Part shown: positions 43,132-57,327 of the stretch, piece after piece
Layout: each line of letters opens with the position of its first letter
How positions within the stretch are numbered: the stretch's first letter is position 1
The notes under the pieces: generated by a model
Told to the model about the DNA's origin: nothing
Databases searched by the model: none
The model's input: the letters and a program-made list of their open reading frames with translations, nothing else
Program-made: the position numbers and the translations under genes
From: Ideonella sp.
Lineage (GTDB): Bacteria; Pseudomonadota; Gammaproteobacteria; Burkholderiales; Burkholderiaceae_C
Direction: 5' to 3'
Length of the DNA: 64,000 nucleotides
Assembly: GCF_035254525.1 (NCBI RefSeq)
Contig: NZ_DATFAN010000137.1
Span: 23,417 to 87,416 of the forward strand

Positions 43132-43887
43132 TCAGCAAGCCGCGCCGTTGATCAACTGCTGCAGGCCGGCCTGGTTGATGATTCGGATCTGACGCTGCTT
43201 CACTTCCAGCAGGCCCTCGTCCTGAAACTTCGAGAAGGTGCGGCTCACCGTTTCGAGCTTCAGGCCCAGGTAGCTGCCGATCTCTTCGCGCGTCATGCGC
43301 AGGATCAGCGACGAGGGGGAGAAGCCCCGTGCCTGCAAACGCTGGGTGAGATTCAGCAGGAACGCTGCCAGTCGCTCCTCGGCGCGCATGCTCCCCAGCA
43401 GCAGCATCACGCCATGGTCGCGCACGATCTCGCGGCTCATGATCTTGTTGAACTGGCGCTGCAGGTCGGTGAATTCGCGCGACAGGTTTTCCAGCTGCTC
43501 GAAGGGGATCACGCAGACCTGCGAATCCTCGAGCGCGACCGCGTCGCACGAGTGGTGGTCGTTGCTGATGCCGTCCAGCCCCAGCAACTCACCCGCCATC
43601 TGGAAGCCGGTAACCTGGTCGCGCCCATCTTCCGAGGACACACAGGTCTTGAAGAAACCGGTGCGCACCGCATAGAGCGACTCGAATTCGTCTCCGGCAC
43701 GAAACAGCGTTTCGCCCCGCGGCACGCCGCGGCGCGTGGCCACCAGCGTGTCCATCCGTTCCAGGTCTTCCCGGCTCAACCCGACGGGCAAGCAGAGCTC
43801 GCGCAGGTTGCAGCTGGAGCAGGCGACCTTGAAGGCCTGGGTTTTCGCGCGGGCGGTGGCTTCTGTCATGGGGTCGTGCAAGGACAT
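43132..43887 (-). CDS. fnr: Fumarate/nitrate reduction regulator FNR (O2-sensing 4Fe-4S)
   Basis: CSSCNLRELC plus QVC Fe-S ligands, GLDGI, and HTH EEIGSYLGLKLETVSR. Start at 43887 or 43869. Confidence 0.96.
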   Translation of the reverse strand: MSLHDPMTEATARAKTQAFKVACSSCNLRELCLPVGLSREDLERMDTLVATRRGVPRGETLFRAGDEFESLYAVRTGFFKTCVSSEDGRDQVTGFQMAGELLGLDGISNDHHSCDAVALEDSQVCVIPFEQLENLSREFTDLQRQFNKIMSREIVRDHGVMLLLGSMRAEERLAAFLLNLTQRLQARGFSPSSLILRMTREEIGSYLGLKLETVSRTFSKFQDEGLLEVKQRQIRIINQAGLQQLINGAAC

Positions 43888-43937
43888 GATCCTTCTCAAG
43901 GGTCGGGGTATTCTTGGCCCTTGCGGCTGGATAGGGC

Positions 43938-43951
43938 TTGAGCCAGATCAA
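43938..43951. promoter_or_regulatory. FNR box TTGAG-CCAG-ATCAA between divergent fnr and hemN
   Basis: 9 of 10 consensus positions match; -10-like CACCAT at 43975-43980 gives class II spacing towards hemN. Confidence 0.8.
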
Positions 43952-43987
43952 GGTCCACCCCCTGCCTTCGAAGGCACCATCGGCCCC

Positions 43988-45433
43988 ATGCTGACCATGC
44001 CTGACGATGTACGCGCCGCCACACCGGGCGGAGCCCGGCCGGAAAACGCCACGGGGTTGCCGATCGAGTTGCTGCGCCGGTTCGATGTGCCGGGCCCGCG
44101 CTACACCTCCTACCCGACTGCCGACCGATTTGTCGAAGCCTTCGGCCCGGCCGACTATCTGCGTGCGCTGCGCCAGCGTGCCGAGGGGGCCACGGTCGGC
44201 GGTAAGACGCCACTGTCGTTGTACGTGCACATCCCGTTCTGCGAATCGGTCTGCTACTACTGCGCCTGCAACAAGGTCATCACCCGCCAGCACGGCAGGG
44301 CCGTCGAGTACCTCGAGGCCCTGCGCGCCGAGATCCAGCTGCACGCCGACGCGTTTGGGGCACCGCAAGTCGTTTCCCAGCTGCACTTCGGCGGCGGCAC
44401 GCCGACCTTCCTGAGCGACGAGGAGCTCGGCGGGCTGATGGCCGACATCGGCAAGGCGTTCCGCATCGCGCCGGGCGCTGAAGTGTCGATCGAGGTCGAT
44501 CCCCGCACGGTCTCGGCCGCCCGGTTGGAGGCATTGCGCCGCATGGGCTTCAACCGTGTCAGCTTCGGAGTCCAGGACTTCGACCCCGAGGTTCAGAAGG
44601 CCGTCCACCGCGTGCAGTCGTTTGAGATGGTGCGCGACCTGATGCTGGACGCACGGCGGCTCGGCTTCGAGTCGATCAACGTCGACCTGATCTACGGCCT
44701 GCCCAAGCAGACGCCGTCGTCGTTCGCCCGCACCGTGGCACAGGTTAGCGAACTGCGCCCCGACCGCATCGCGCTGTACGCCTACGCGCACTTGCCGCAG
44801 CGCTTCAAGCCGCAACGGCGCATCGACGCCGAGCAACTGCCGCCCCCGGAAGACCGGGTGGCGATGCTGTCGGGCGCGATCGACGGGTTCCTGGCGCACG
44901 GCTACACCTACATCGGCATGGACCATTTCGCGCTGGCCGGCGACTCGCTCGCCGCGGCCAAGCGCCAGGGCCGCCTGCACCGCAATTTCCAGGGCTACAG
45001 CACCCAGCCGGACTGCGACCTGGTCGGTCTGGGCGTGTCGGCGATCGGCCGCATGGGTGCGACCTACAGCCAGAACGCCAAGACGCTGCCGGAGTATTAC
45101 GACGCGATCCGCCAAGGCCAGTTTCCGGTCGTGCGCGGGCTCGCGCTGACCCGCGACGACCTGCTGCGTCGCGCTGTCATCATGGCGCTGATGTGCCAGG
45201 GCCGACTCGAGTTCGAATCGGTCGAGTTGGCTTACTTGGTCAACGTGCGGGAGTACTTCCGCACCGAGCTGGCCGAGCTCGAGCCGTTCGCCGAGCAAGG
45301 GCTGGTCACGATCGAGCCCGCAGCGGTGCAGGTGACCGCGCCCGGCTGGTTCTTCGTGCGCGCGATCGCGATGGTCTTCGACAAGCACCTGCGAGCGGAC
45401 AAGGTGCGCGAGCGCTTCTCGCGCATCATCTAG
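43988..45433 (+). CDS. hemN: Oxygen-independent coproporphyrinogen III oxidase
   Basis: GPRYTSYPTA, YVHIPFCESVCYYCAC, HFGGGTP and LHRNFQGYST motifs. Confidence 0.96.
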   Translation: MLTMPDDVRAATPGGARPENATGLPIELLRRFDVPGPRYTSYPTADRFVEAFGPADYLRALRQRAEGATVGGKTPLSLYVHIPFCESVCYYCACNKVITRQHGRAVEYLEALRAEIQLHADAFGAPQVVSQLHFGGGTPTFLSDEELGGLMADIGKAFRIAPGAEVSIEVDPRTVSAARLEALRRMGFNRVSFGVQDFDPEVQKAVHRVQSFEMVRDLMLDARRLGFESINVDLIYGLPKQTPSSFARTVAQVSELRPDRIALYAYAHLPQRFKPQRRIDAEQLPPPEDRVAMLSGAIDGFLAHGYTYIGMDHFALAGDSLAAAKRQGRLHRNFQGYSTQPDCDLVGLGVSAIGRMGATYSQNAKTLPEYYDAIRQGQFPVVRGLALTRDDLLRRAVIMALMCQGRLEFESVELAYLVNVREYFRTELAELEPFAEQGLVTIEPAAVQVTAPGWFFVRAIAMVFDKHLRADKVRERFSRII

Positions 45434-45434
45434 C

Positions 45435-46157
45435 GTGGACCTGGCGCTGGCATTCACGGCGTTGTTGCTGGGCTTGGCCGGCTCGGTTCACTGCGTCGCG
45501 ATGTGTGCGGCACCGAGCGCCGCGGCGGTTCGCGCTTGCACCGGTGCCGGCCGCGGGCGGGATGCCTGGTCAGCCTTTCATGTCGGGCGGCTGGTCGGCT
45601 ACGCGCTGGCCGGGGCGGTCGCCGCCGCAAGCGTCGGGGCACTCGCCCGCTGGAGCGCATGGAGCCCGGCGCTGCGTCCGCTATGGACACTGCTGCACAT
45701 TGCCGCGCTGGCACTCGGCCTTTGGCTGCTGGTGCGTGGCCGACAGCCCGAGTGGCTGGAGCGGATCGGCCGGGGCGCGCAGCGCTCGGCCGCGCCGGCC
45801 GGTAGCGGCTGGCAGCGCGTGCACGGGCCGGCGAAGGCGGGCGCCGCGGGTCTGGCCTGGGTGGCCTGGCCCTGCGGCCTGCTGCAATCGGCGTTGATGG
45901 TCGCGGCACTGGCCAACAGTGCCGCCGGCGGGGCGGCGGTGATGGGGGTCTTTGCGGTGGCCTCGGCCCCGGCCTTGGGCCTGGCGCCCTGGCTCTGGGG
46001 CCGCTGGGCGAGCGGGCAGGGCGCGTCGGCGCAGGTCCTGTCGGCCCGGGTCACCGGTGGGGCCGTTCGCGTGGCCGGCGGGCTGCTCGCCGCCGCCTCG
46101 GCCTGGGCGCTCGGCCATGACCTGATCCGTCAAGCCATCGCCTTTTGCGTCTCGTAG
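45435..46157 (+). CDS. DsbD_2/TauE-SafE-like membrane protein
   Basis: GLAGSVHCVAMC, FHVGRLVGY and WPCGLL motifs. Confidence 0.8.
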   Translation: MDLALAFTALLLGLAGSVHCVAMCAAPSAAAVRACTGAGRGRDAWSAFHVGRLVGYALAGAVAAASVGALARWSAWSPALRPLWTLLHIAALALGLWLLVRGRQPEWLERIGRGAQRSAAPAGSGWQRVHGPAKAGAAGLAWVAWPCGLLQSALMVAALANSAAGGAAVMGVFAVASAPALGLAPWLWGRWASGQGASAQVLSARVTGGAVRVAGGLLAAASAWALGHDLIRQAIAFCVS

Positions 46158-46267
46158 GCCCGCCTGCGTCAGGGTGGTCAGCCGACTGACAGGTGGGCTG
46201 CACTAGAATTTCAGTTTCCGAAATCCCTTTTCACAACCTACCACCACGAAGCGCGGAGCCAAGCGAC

Positions 46268-47521
<1,254 letters not shown>

Positions 47522-47552
47522 GGCAACGCGGCGGTGCCGCGTGACCTGATGT

Positions 47553-47590
47553 AAGCCCCCGGTCTCGCCAAGCGAACCAGGGGCTTTTTA
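47553..47590 (+). terminator. Intrinsic terminator after icd
   Basis: AAGCCCCCGGT...ACCAGGGGCTT stem followed by TTT. Confidence 0.75.
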
Positions 47591-47711
47591 CCGGGTATCG
47601 GGCGCCCAGACGCCCTCTGGCCGCCTGCATCCGGCGGCGAGAATCATTTCTGACGAAGCGGCGCCAGAACCCGCGGTGCAAGCTTCCGCCCGGCGGACCG
47701 GGGCGCTGCGC

Positions 47712-47957
47712 TCAGCCGGCCGAACGCTCTGACGACCCCGCGACTGCGCCGGCAACAGCCCGAATGTTCTGCGCGAGGTGCCCCTTCGGGCCCTGCACCA
47801 GTTCGAACATCACCTGACTGCCCTGCTTGAGGGTGCGAAAGCCATCCATCTGGATGGCTGAGAAGTGCGCGAAGACGTCGTCTCCGCCTCCCTGCGGTTC
47901 GATGAAGCCGAAACCCTTGGCGTCATTGAACCATTTGACGGTGCCCACCAGATCCAT
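47712..47957 (-). CDS. cspD: Cold-shock domain protein CspD
   Basis: [15 protein letters not shown] and [17 protein letters not shown] motifs; divergent from clpS. Confidence 0.9.
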   Translation of the reverse strand: MDLVGTVKWFNDAKGFGFIEPQGGGDDVFAHFSAIQMDGFRTLKQGSQVMFELVQGPKGHLAQNIRAVAGAVAGSSERSAG

Positions 47958-48191
47958 GTCGAATTCCTCCTGACGCCCTTTTTGGGAGGGCTTATGCGGC
48001 TATTTTTGAGGCCCGGCTCCGAGCCTGTCAATGGCAAGCGGGCCGGTATGGCGACACGAGCGCAACGGCAGGCGGGCGGGCCGGCGCATTAGGGCTTGCG
48101 GATGGCGGTTTTTCGCTCAATGGCCCGCCTCTTGCTCCGGCGAACATCGAGGCCTCCTGTGCCGTCGCGGCCAACTGGCTATACTGAATTC

Positions 48192-48544
48192 ATGCCCTCG
48201 AAAGCGCCCAAGCCACCTGCTTCGCCGCCCTTGGTCTCACGGCCAGACGAGGGCGACGGGTCGGTCGTTGCCGAGCGCAAGGCGGCCAAGACAAAGCCGC
48301 CTCGCATGTACCAGGTCGTCATGCTCAATGACGACTTCACACCGATGGAATTCGTCGTGATGGTGCTGCAGGAATACTTCAGGCTTGATCTTGAAGCCGC
48401 CACCCTCATCATGTTAAAGATTCACCATGAGGGTCGGGCCGTCTGCGGCGTCTTTTCGAAGGACGTTGCGGCCACCAAGGTCGAGCTGGTGCTCGCCGCC
48501 GCGCGTCGCTCAGGGCACCCGCTTCAATGCATTATGGAGGCCGC

Positions 48545-48548
<4 letters not shown>
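48192..48548 (+). CDS. clpS: ATP-dependent Clp protease adaptor ClpS
   Basis: [17 protein letters not shown] and HPLQCIME motifs. Confidence 0.95.
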
Positions 48549-50857
<2,309 letters not shown>

Positions 50858-50887
50858 GGGACCGGCTGCTGAACGACTGAAACCACC

Positions 50888-50911
50888 AAGGCGCCGCGCG
50901 AGCGGCGCCTT
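50888..50911. terminator. GC hairpin with GCGA loop between convergent clpA and eutC
   Basis: AAGGCGCCGC-GCGA-GCGGCGCCTT perfect 10-bp stem; weak U-tracts. Confidence 0.6.
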
Positions 50912-50917
50912 CGCATT

Positions 50918-51730
50918 TCAGCGGCGGGATTCGCCAACCAGCGCGAATGGCGCGGAGCCGCCAGCGGATAGCGGCTGTTGCACGACGCTCTCGTCCTTCA
51001 ATCCCACGCCGGTGATGGCGCGAGCGCGTGCAGCGCGCAGCAGCCACGCGGTGCGCCCCGCCGCTTCCGAAATGGCCAAGCCCTCGGGCCGCACGTTCGA
51101 GATGCAGTTGCGCTCGGCATCGGTGCGCCCGGGTTGCGGCGCCCAGGTGAGGTACAGCCCCATGCTGTCGGGCGAACTCAAGCCTGGCCGTTCGCCGATC
51201 AGCACCAGCACGAGGCGGGCGCCGAGCAGCGCGCCAACCTCGTCCCCAATCGCGACGCGCCCCTGGTGCACGATCGCAGCCGGCGCCAGGCGCCACGCCG
51301 CCGGATCGTCACGCAGAAGCTCGCGAAGGCGAGCCAGGAACGGCACGGCATGCCGCTCGACCGCCAGCGCCGACAGCCCATCGGCCACGACGACGGCGAG
51401 GTCGTTTGGTGTGGCGTCGCCATTGCGCCGGAGCAGGGCAGCGGACTTGTCGGACAGCCGCCGCCCCAGGTCGGGCCGCTGAAGATAGGCGCCTCGGTCC
51501 GGCGCGGCGCTGTGCAGGGTCAGGCTTGGCCAATCGATCTCGCTGAGCGCCGACGCCACCGCTGCTGCATCGAACGGCCGGTGGACCGCGTCGCGAGCCT
51601 GCGCATGGGCAAGCTGGAAGGCGAGGTGCGGCTCGGTGGGAAGGCTGACACCGGCACGGCCCAGCGCGATCCGAGCCGGGGTGTGGCGGCGCAGCGCGGC
51701 CCAGCCGTTGTCGACGACGTTCGACTTCAT
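50918..51730 (-). CDS. eutC: Ethanolamine ammonia-lyase light chain
   Basis: [37 protein letters not shown] and RNCISN motifs. Confidence 0.95.
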   Translation of the reverse strand: MKSNVVDNGWAALRRHTPARIALGRAGVSLPTEPHLAFQLAHAQARDAVHRPFDAAAVASALSEIDWPSLTLHSAAPDRGAYLQRPDLGRRLSDKSAALLRRNGDATPNDLAVVVADGLSALAVERHAVPFLARLRELLRDDPAAWRLAPAAIVHQGRVAIGDEVGALLGARLVLVLIGERPGLSSPDSMGLYLTWAPQPGRTDAERNCISNVRPEGLAISEAAGRTAWLLRAARARAITGVGLKDESVVQQPLSAGGSAPFALVGESRR

Positions 51731-53133
51731 GGCGCCGGCAACCGGTTTGCGAAACGTTCCGGCATTGCCTCGGCCAGGCGAGCCGTGCCGCCCGGCTCGA
51801 AGATGCGCATGCGCTCGAGCCAGGCCTCGAATTCAGGCGCGGGCCGCAGCCCGAGCACGCGCCGCGCGTACAGCGCGTCATGGAACGAGGTGGTCTGGTA
51901 GTTCAGCATCACGTCGTCCGAGCCGGGAATGCCCATGATGAAGGTGCAGCCGGCGACTCCCAGCAACGTCAACAGCACGTCCATGTCGTTCTGATCGGCC
52001 TCGGCGTGGTTGGTGTAGCAGATGTCGCACCCCATCGGCAGCCCGAGCAGCTTGGCGCAGAAATGGTCTTCCAGCCCGGCACGGATGATCTGCTTGCCGT
52101 CGTACAGGTATTCAGGCCCGATGAAGCCGACCACCGTGTTGACCAGCAGCGGCTCGAAGTGGCGCGCCACCGCATAGGCCCGGGCCTCGATCGTCTGTTG
52201 ATCGCAGCCATGGTGGGCGTTGGCCGAGAGTGCGCTGCCTTGGCCGGTTTCGAAGTACATGACGTTGCGACCGCGCTGGCCGTCGGCGAAGACGCTGCCG
52301 CGCTGGAGGGCCAGCGCCGCTGCGCGCGCCTCGGCCAGCAGCGCAAGGTCGATGCCGAAGCTGCGGTTGGTTGCTTCGGTGCCGCCGACGGACTGGAACA
52401 CCAGATCGACCGGCGCGCCGCGCTCGATGGCCTGCATGGTGTTGGTCACATGGGTCAGCACGCAGGATTGGGTGGGGATCTCGTACTGGCCGATCACCGC
52501 GTCGAGCATCCGCAGCAGCTGGATGACCTGCGGGACGCTGTCGGTGGCCGGGTTGATGCCGATGACCGCGTCGCCGCTGCCGTAGAGCAGGCCGTCGAGC
52601 ACGCTGGCGGCGATGCCGGCGGCATCGTCGGTCGGGTGATTCGGTTGCAGCCGGGTGGACAACCGGCCCGGCAGACCGATGGTGCCGCGGAACCGGGTCG
52701 TGACCTCGCACTTGCGGGCGACCAGGATCAGGTCCTGGTTGCGCATCAGTTTCGAAACGGCCGCCACCATTTCCGGTGTCAGGCCGGGCGCCAGGGCGCG
52801 CAGGCCAGGGCCGTCCGCGTCATCCGAGAGCAGCCAGTTGCGGAACTCGCCCACGGTCTGCGACGAGACCGGGGCAAAGGCAAGGCCATCGTGGCCGTCG
52901 ATGATCAGCCGCGTGACCTCGTCGGTTTCATACGGCACGACCGCCTCCTGCAGGAAATGGGCGAGAGGCACCTCCGCCAACGCCATCTGCGCGGCGACCC
53001 GCTCTTCGGCAGACGCGGCCACCACCCCGGCCAGGTGGTCACCCGATCGTTCGGGCGAGGCGCGGGCCAACAGCGCAGCCAGGCCGTCAAAGCGGTAGCT
53101 GCGGGCGCCGATGCGGTGATGAAAGCTGGCCAT
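51727..53133 (-). CDS. eutB: Ethanolamine ammonia-lyase heavy chain
   Basis: [30 protein letters not shown] and [20 protein letters not shown] motifs. Confidence 0.96.
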   Translation of the reverse strand: MASFHHRIGARSYRFDGLAALLARASPERSGDHLAGVVAASAEERVAAQMALAEVPLAHFLQEAVVPYETDEVTRLIIDGHDGLAFAPVSSQTVGEFRNWLLSDDADGPGLRALAPGLTPEMVAAVSKLMRNQDLILVARKCEVTTRFRGTIGLPGRLSTRLQPNHPTDDAAGIAASVLDGLLYGSGDAVIGINPATDSVPQVIQLLRMLDAVIGQYEIPTQSCVLTHVTNTMQAIERGAPVDLVFQSVGGTEATNRSFGIDLALLAEARAAALALQRGSVFADGQRGRNVMYFETGQGSALSANAHHGCDQQTIEARAYAVARHFEPLLVNTVVGFIGPEYLYDGKQIIRAGLEDHFCAKLLGLPMGCDICYTNHAEADQNDMDVLLTLLGVAGCTFIMGIPGSDDVMLNYQTTSFHDALYARRVLGLRPAPEFEAWLERMRIFEPGGTARLAEAMPERFANRLPAP

Positions 53134-53172
53134 GGCGCGACAACAGGGCAGGGTGGCCGCACTCTAGCGTTC

Positions 53173-54549
53173 TCAGGCGCTTGCTGCCTTGGCTGGCACC
53201 GAAACCGTGCGTCGCCGCGTGGCGAAGGTGAACCAGGCATAGCCGAGCAGGCCCAGAACCACGAACAGTGCGCCCACCAGGCGGTTGTAATAGAACATCG
53301 TCGCCAGGCAGACCAGCGCTGCGGCAAGCGCGAACGCCGGGAAGGCGGGGAACATCGGCGCCCGGAACGGCCGCTCCAGGCCCGGCTCGGTGCGCCGCAG
53401 CTTGAACAGGCTCGCCATGCTGACGATGTACATCACGATCGCTCCGAAGACGCTCATCGTCACGATGTTCGCGGTCAGCGTCTGCCCGCCGAAGGTGATC
53501 AATTCGTCACTGAAGATCGCCGCGATGCCGACCACGCCGCCGGCCAGGATGGCCCAGTGCGGGGTATGGAAGCGCGGATGGACGCGGCCCAGCACGCCGG
53601 GCAACACGCCGGCGCGGGCCAAGGCATAGATCTGGCGCGAGTAGCCGAGGATGATGCCGTGGAATGACGCGATCAGCCCGAACAGGCCCAGCCAGACCAG
53701 CATGTGCAGCCAGCCGCTCTGCGCGCCGACGATCAGCTTCATCGCCTGCGGCAGCGGGTCGTTGATGTTGGCAAGCTGCGCCCAGTCGCCCGCGCCGCCG
53801 GCGAAGACCATCACGCCAGCGGCCAACACCACCAGCGTCAGGATGCCGGCCACGTACGCGATGGGGATCGAGCGGCGTGGGTTCTTGGCTTCTTCCGCCG
53901 CCATGGCCACGCCTTCGATCGCGAGGAAGAACCAGATCGCGAAGGGAATCGCGGCAAACATGCCGGGGACCGCCGCGGCACTGAAGCCATCCTGGCCTGC
54001 CCAGCCGCCCTTGACGAAATGGGCGATGGAGAAGCCCGGCGCCACGACCCCCATGAACACCAGCAGCTCGAAGATGGCCAGCAGGGTGATGAAGAGCTCG
54101 AAGGTGGCGGCGATCTGCACACCGACGATGTTCAGGGCCATGAACGCCGCATAGGCGCCGACGGCCGCCAGCTTGGGTGACAGTGCCGGGAACTGCACGT
54201 TGAGGTAGGCGCCGATCGCCAGCGCGATGGCCGGCGGCGCGAAGACGAATTCGACCAGCGTCGCGTAGCCCGCCAGGTAGCCGCCCGTCGGGCCGAAGGC
54301 GCGGCGGCTGTACTCGAACGGGCCGCCGGCATGCGGAATGGCGGTGGTCAGCTCGGTGAAGCTGAAGATGAAGGTGGCGTACATCAGCGCGACGAAGCTC
54401 GCGGTGACGAGAAAGCCCAGCGTGCCTGCCGAGGCCCAGCCATAGCTCCAGCCGAAGTACTCGCCAGAAATGACGAGACCCACAGCGATGCCCCACAACT
54501 GCAGGGTGCTCAGGGATTTGTTCAGCGACGGGCTGGCGGTATGTTCCAT
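53173..54549 (-). CDS. eat: Ethanolamine permease (APC family)
   Basis: LWGIAVGLVISGEYFGW and FFLAIEGVAMAAEE motifs. Start at ATG 54549. Confidence 0.92.
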   Translation of the reverse strand: MEHTASPSLNKSLSTLQLWGIAVGLVISGEYFGWSYGWASAGTLGFLVTASFVALMYATFIFSFTELTTAIPHAGGPFEYSRRAFGPTGGYLAGYATLVEFVFAPPAIALAIGAYLNVQFPALSPKLAAVGAYAAFMALNIVGVQIAATFELFITLLAIFELLVFMGVVAPGFSIAHFVKGGWAGQDGFSAAAVPGMFAAIPFAIWFFLAIEGVAMAAEEAKNPRRSIPIAYVAGILTLVVLAAGVMVFAGGAGDWAQLANINDPLPQAMKLIVGAQSGWLHMLVWLGLFGLIASFHGIILGYSRQIYALARAGVLPGVLGRVHPRFHTPHWAILAGGVVGIAAIFSDELITFGGQTLTANIVTMSVFGAIVMYIVSMASLFKLRRTEPGLERPFRAPMFPAFPAFALAAALVCLATMFYYNRLVGALFVVLGLLGYAWFTFATRRRTVSVPAKAASA

Positions 54550-54683
54550 GCGGTTCTCCGGGAGAGCGGGTCGTCCGGCCGGGCGGGTCAGTGGCCCGGC
54601 GATTGCTCCGACAAGGTCGCCGGCGCTGGCCGCAAGCGTATGAGCGGCGGCGGCGAGCCTGATAGCGGGAATCGGCAAAGTTC

Positions 54684-55694
54684 ATGGACACGATGTCAGG
54701 TCTAGATGCACCGTCTTGGCGCCCGGGCTGGCAAGTCCAGGCCTTGCTCGCCCGCGATGTGGACGAGCATGCCGAACGCTTGAGCGGCTGGCGCCAGCGT
54801 TACGACCAGCTCACGCCAGGCGCCTTCAGCGGCCAGCTCGACGAGGTGGCCACCGGCACCGCACAGGTCTACCGCGAGAGGACGAGCCAGGCGCTGCACC
54901 AGCAGTGCGAGGTCTGGGCCGACTCGGTGTGGTGCGGCCTCACGGCGGTGCACGACGGCTCGCGCATCGACGGCCGCCAGGTCGGCCCGAGTGGCGTGAT
55001 GGTCTGCGGCCGCGCGGGCCGGTTCGAACTCGTGAGCCCGGCGGGCCACGACCTTCTCGGCGTGGTCGTCGGCCGCGGGGAACTGGAGCGTCAGGCCATG
55101 GCGCAGCGCCTGCCGCTGGCGTGGCCGCTGGTGGATGGTTCCCCGTGGCTCGAGGTGGCGGCCGAACGCCGCCGCCTGGCGTTGTCTCGCCTGCGCGCCA
55201 TCCTTGCCTTGGCGGCCTCGGCCGGCGAGGCGCACCATCGGGCCGCGGCGGCGCGAGAGACGCTGCAGCAGGCGATGCTCGATGTCGTGCTCGACCTGCT
55301 GGCTGCGCCACAAGCGCCGCACGACGCGCGCAGCAACGCGACCGAACGGCGGCGCGTCGTGCGGCAGGTGTACGAAATGGTGGCCGCGCAGCCGGAGACG
55401 GTACCCAGCGTGGCCGCACTGTGCGAGCGCCTGCACGTCAGCCGCCGCACGCTGCAGTACGCCTTCGAGGCCGAGACCGCCTTGGGGCCGAACGCCTACC
55501 TGCGCAGCCTTCGGCTCAACGGCGCCCGGCGGGCGCTGCGCAGCGGCGGGGCCCGCAATGTGCGGGAGGCTGCCGCGGCCTGGGGCTTCTGGAACCTGAG
55601 CCAGTTCGCGCACGATTACCGCCACCAGTTCGGCGAACGGCCCTCCGACACGCTGGCGCGCGCCGTTCAGGCGGCTGGGTCCTGCCTGAAGTAG
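54684..55694 (+). CDS. eutR: AraC-family regulator EutR
   Basis: YDQLTPGAFSG N-terminal domain; HTH LHVSRRTLQYAF...WGFWNLSQFAHDY; divergent from eat-eutBC. Confidence 0.85.
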   Translation: MDTMSGLDAPSWRPGWQVQALLARDVDEHAERLSGWRQRYDQLTPGAFSGQLDEVATGTAQVYRERTSQALHQQCEVWADSVWCGLTAVHDGSRIDGRQVGPSGVMVCGRAGRFELVSPAGHDLLGVVVGRGELERQAMAQRLPLAWPLVDGSPWLEVAAERRRLALSRLRAILALAASAGEAHHRAAAARETLQQAMLDVVLDLLAAPQAPHDARSNATERRRVVRQVYEMVAAQPETVPSVAALCERLHVSRRTLQYAFEAETALGPNAYLRSLRLNGARRALRSGGARNVREAAAAWGFWNLSQFAHDYRHQFGERPSDTLARAVQAAGSCLK

Positions 55695-56449
55695 CCGGCG
55701 AAGAGTTCGTAAAGCGCCGGGTGCTCGCGGCGCATGCCATCCGGGGCGACGAAAAAGGCCTCGACGGCCACCGCGAAGAACTCTTCGACGCCCTCCGCAC
55801 CGTAGGGGTCGAGCGCGGTGTCCTCGGCGCCGGCATCGATGCGGTCCGTGAAACGCTCGTACTCGGTGTCGATGCAGTCGATCCAGCTGTCTCGGGCCCG
55901 CGCGTTCGGCAACAGCGGCACGCCGTCGGCCTCGCCGTCGGCCATGTCCAGCACGTGGGCGAACTCGTGGATCACCACGTTGTAGGCCAGCTCGGCCGTC
56001 TCGCCCGCGGTGAGCACATCGGCCCAGGCCAGCATCACCGGGCCACCGCCCATCGCCTCGCCAGACAGCACCTCGTCGTACTGGTGGACGACACCGTCCT
56101 CGTCCATCACCTCGCGCGGGGCGACCACCTCGTCCGGGTGGACGACGATGCCGACGAAGCCGTCATAGGCCTGAATGCCCAGCCGCAGGACGGGAAGGCA
56201 GGCCTGCGCGGCGATCGCCACCGCCATCTCGTCAGTCACCACCAGACCCTGCGCACCATGGAACTCCTTGCGTGACAGGAACAGGCTGGTGAGCGTGCGC
56301 AGGGCCTCGAGGTCGGCCGCCGGCCGCGTGGCAATGAAGGGGTAGGCGGCGAGCACCGTGGCCCACAGCGCGTCGGGGATCGCGTGCCGTTGCAGGGCCC
56401 GGGCCTCGCGCCAGCCGCTGACGCGACGCCACAGCCGTGGGAGCACCAT
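55667..56449 (-). CDS. M90-family zinc metallopeptidase (MtfA-like)
   Basis: NVVIHEFAHVLD zincin motif, IAAQACLP, EFFAVAVEAFF. Confidence 0.88.
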   Translation of the reverse strand: MVLPRLWRRVSGWREARALQRHAIPDALWATVLAAYPFIATRPAADLEALRTLTSLFLSRKEFHGAQGLVVTDEMAVAIAAQACLPVLRLGIQAYDGFVGIVVHPDEVVAPREVMDEDGVVHQYDEVLSGEAMGGGPVMLAWADVLTAGETAELAYNVVIHEFAHVLDMADGEADGVPLLPNARARDSWIDCIDTEYERFTDRIDAGAEDTALDPYGAEGVEEFFAVAVEAFFVAPDGMRREHPALYELFAGYFRQDPAA

Positions 56450-56454
56450 GACGG

Positions 56455-57327
56455 TCAACCCGCCTGAGCAGGATCCAGCCGCGTGAAGCCCTGCGCCGTC
56501 CAGCGCAGCACCTCGGCGCGGGGCGGCGTGGCGTGGTCGAGGTCCCAGTCGCTGAGCACGTGGCGCTGCCAGCCGCCGTCGCGGCGCTCGGACTGCGGGC
56601 GGTGGGTGTGGCCATGGACCAGGACACGGGCGTCGGCAGCCATCAGCCACTGCCGCGCAAGCGTCGGATCGGCGTCGGCGTAGGTGACCGGCTCGGCACG
56701 CTGCTGGTGCTCGCGGCTCGCGGCGCGCATCTGTGCGCCTATGGCCTGGCGTTCGGCCAATGACTTGGCAAGAAACGCGGCTTGCCAGGCAGGCTGGCGC
56801 ACCTGCGCGCGGAACTGCTGGTAGGCCGTGTCGTCGATGCACAGCGCGTCGCCGTGGCTCAGCAGCACCGGCGCGGGGGCGATGCCGGGCGCGTGCAACG
56901 CCACCGGGTCGGGCAGATCGACCGCCCCGGTGGCTTCGAAGAAAGCTGCGCCGAACAGAAAATCGCGGTTGCCGCGCATCACGTACAGCGGGTGCCGGCG
57001 CCCGGCGGCCGCCAGCATGTCGCCGCAGCGGCGTTCGAAGGGCAGGGTGATCGAATCGTCACCCACCCAGGCCTCGAACAGGTCACCGAGGATGAAGACG
57101 GCGTCAGCGCAGGTCGAGGCCAAGTAGGCCTCGAGCGCTGCCAGCGTGCGCGGCAACTCGGGGCTCAGGTGCAGGTCGGAGATGAAATCCACGACCCGTG
57201 CGGATGGTGCCAGGTCGACTCGTGCCGGGGCCGGCTCGCGGCCAGCGTACGGCCGCTCCGAAGCGGCCGCGGTGCCCCCGTGGGGGGCGGGCGCAGTGCC
57301 CTGCGCCCGGGGGCGCCACTCAGGCAA
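56455..57327 (-). CDS. lpxH: UDP-2,3-diacylglucosamine hydrolase
   Basis: [29 protein letters not shown] and HGHTHRP motifs; start codon uncertain. Confidence 0.9.
   Translation of the reverse strand: MPEWRPRAQGTAPAPHGGTAAASERPYAGREPAPARVDLAPSARVVDFISDLHLSPELPRTLAALEAYLASTCADAVFILGDLFEAWVGDDSITLPFERRCGDMLAAAGRRHPLYVMRGNRDFLFGAAFFEATGAVDLPDPVALHAPGIAPAPVLLSHGDALCIDDTAYQQFRAQVRQPAWQAAFLAKSLAERQAIGAQMRAASREHQQRAEPVTYADADPTLARQWLMAADARVLVHGHTHRPQSERRDGGWQRHVLSDWDLDHATPPRAEVLRWTAQGFTRLDPAQAG

Noticed and set aside
54661-54678. Possible EutR binding site (TTGCCGATTCCCGCTATC on the minus strand)
   Set aside because: Single occurrence, and I cannot state the EutR consensus reliably enough to support it.
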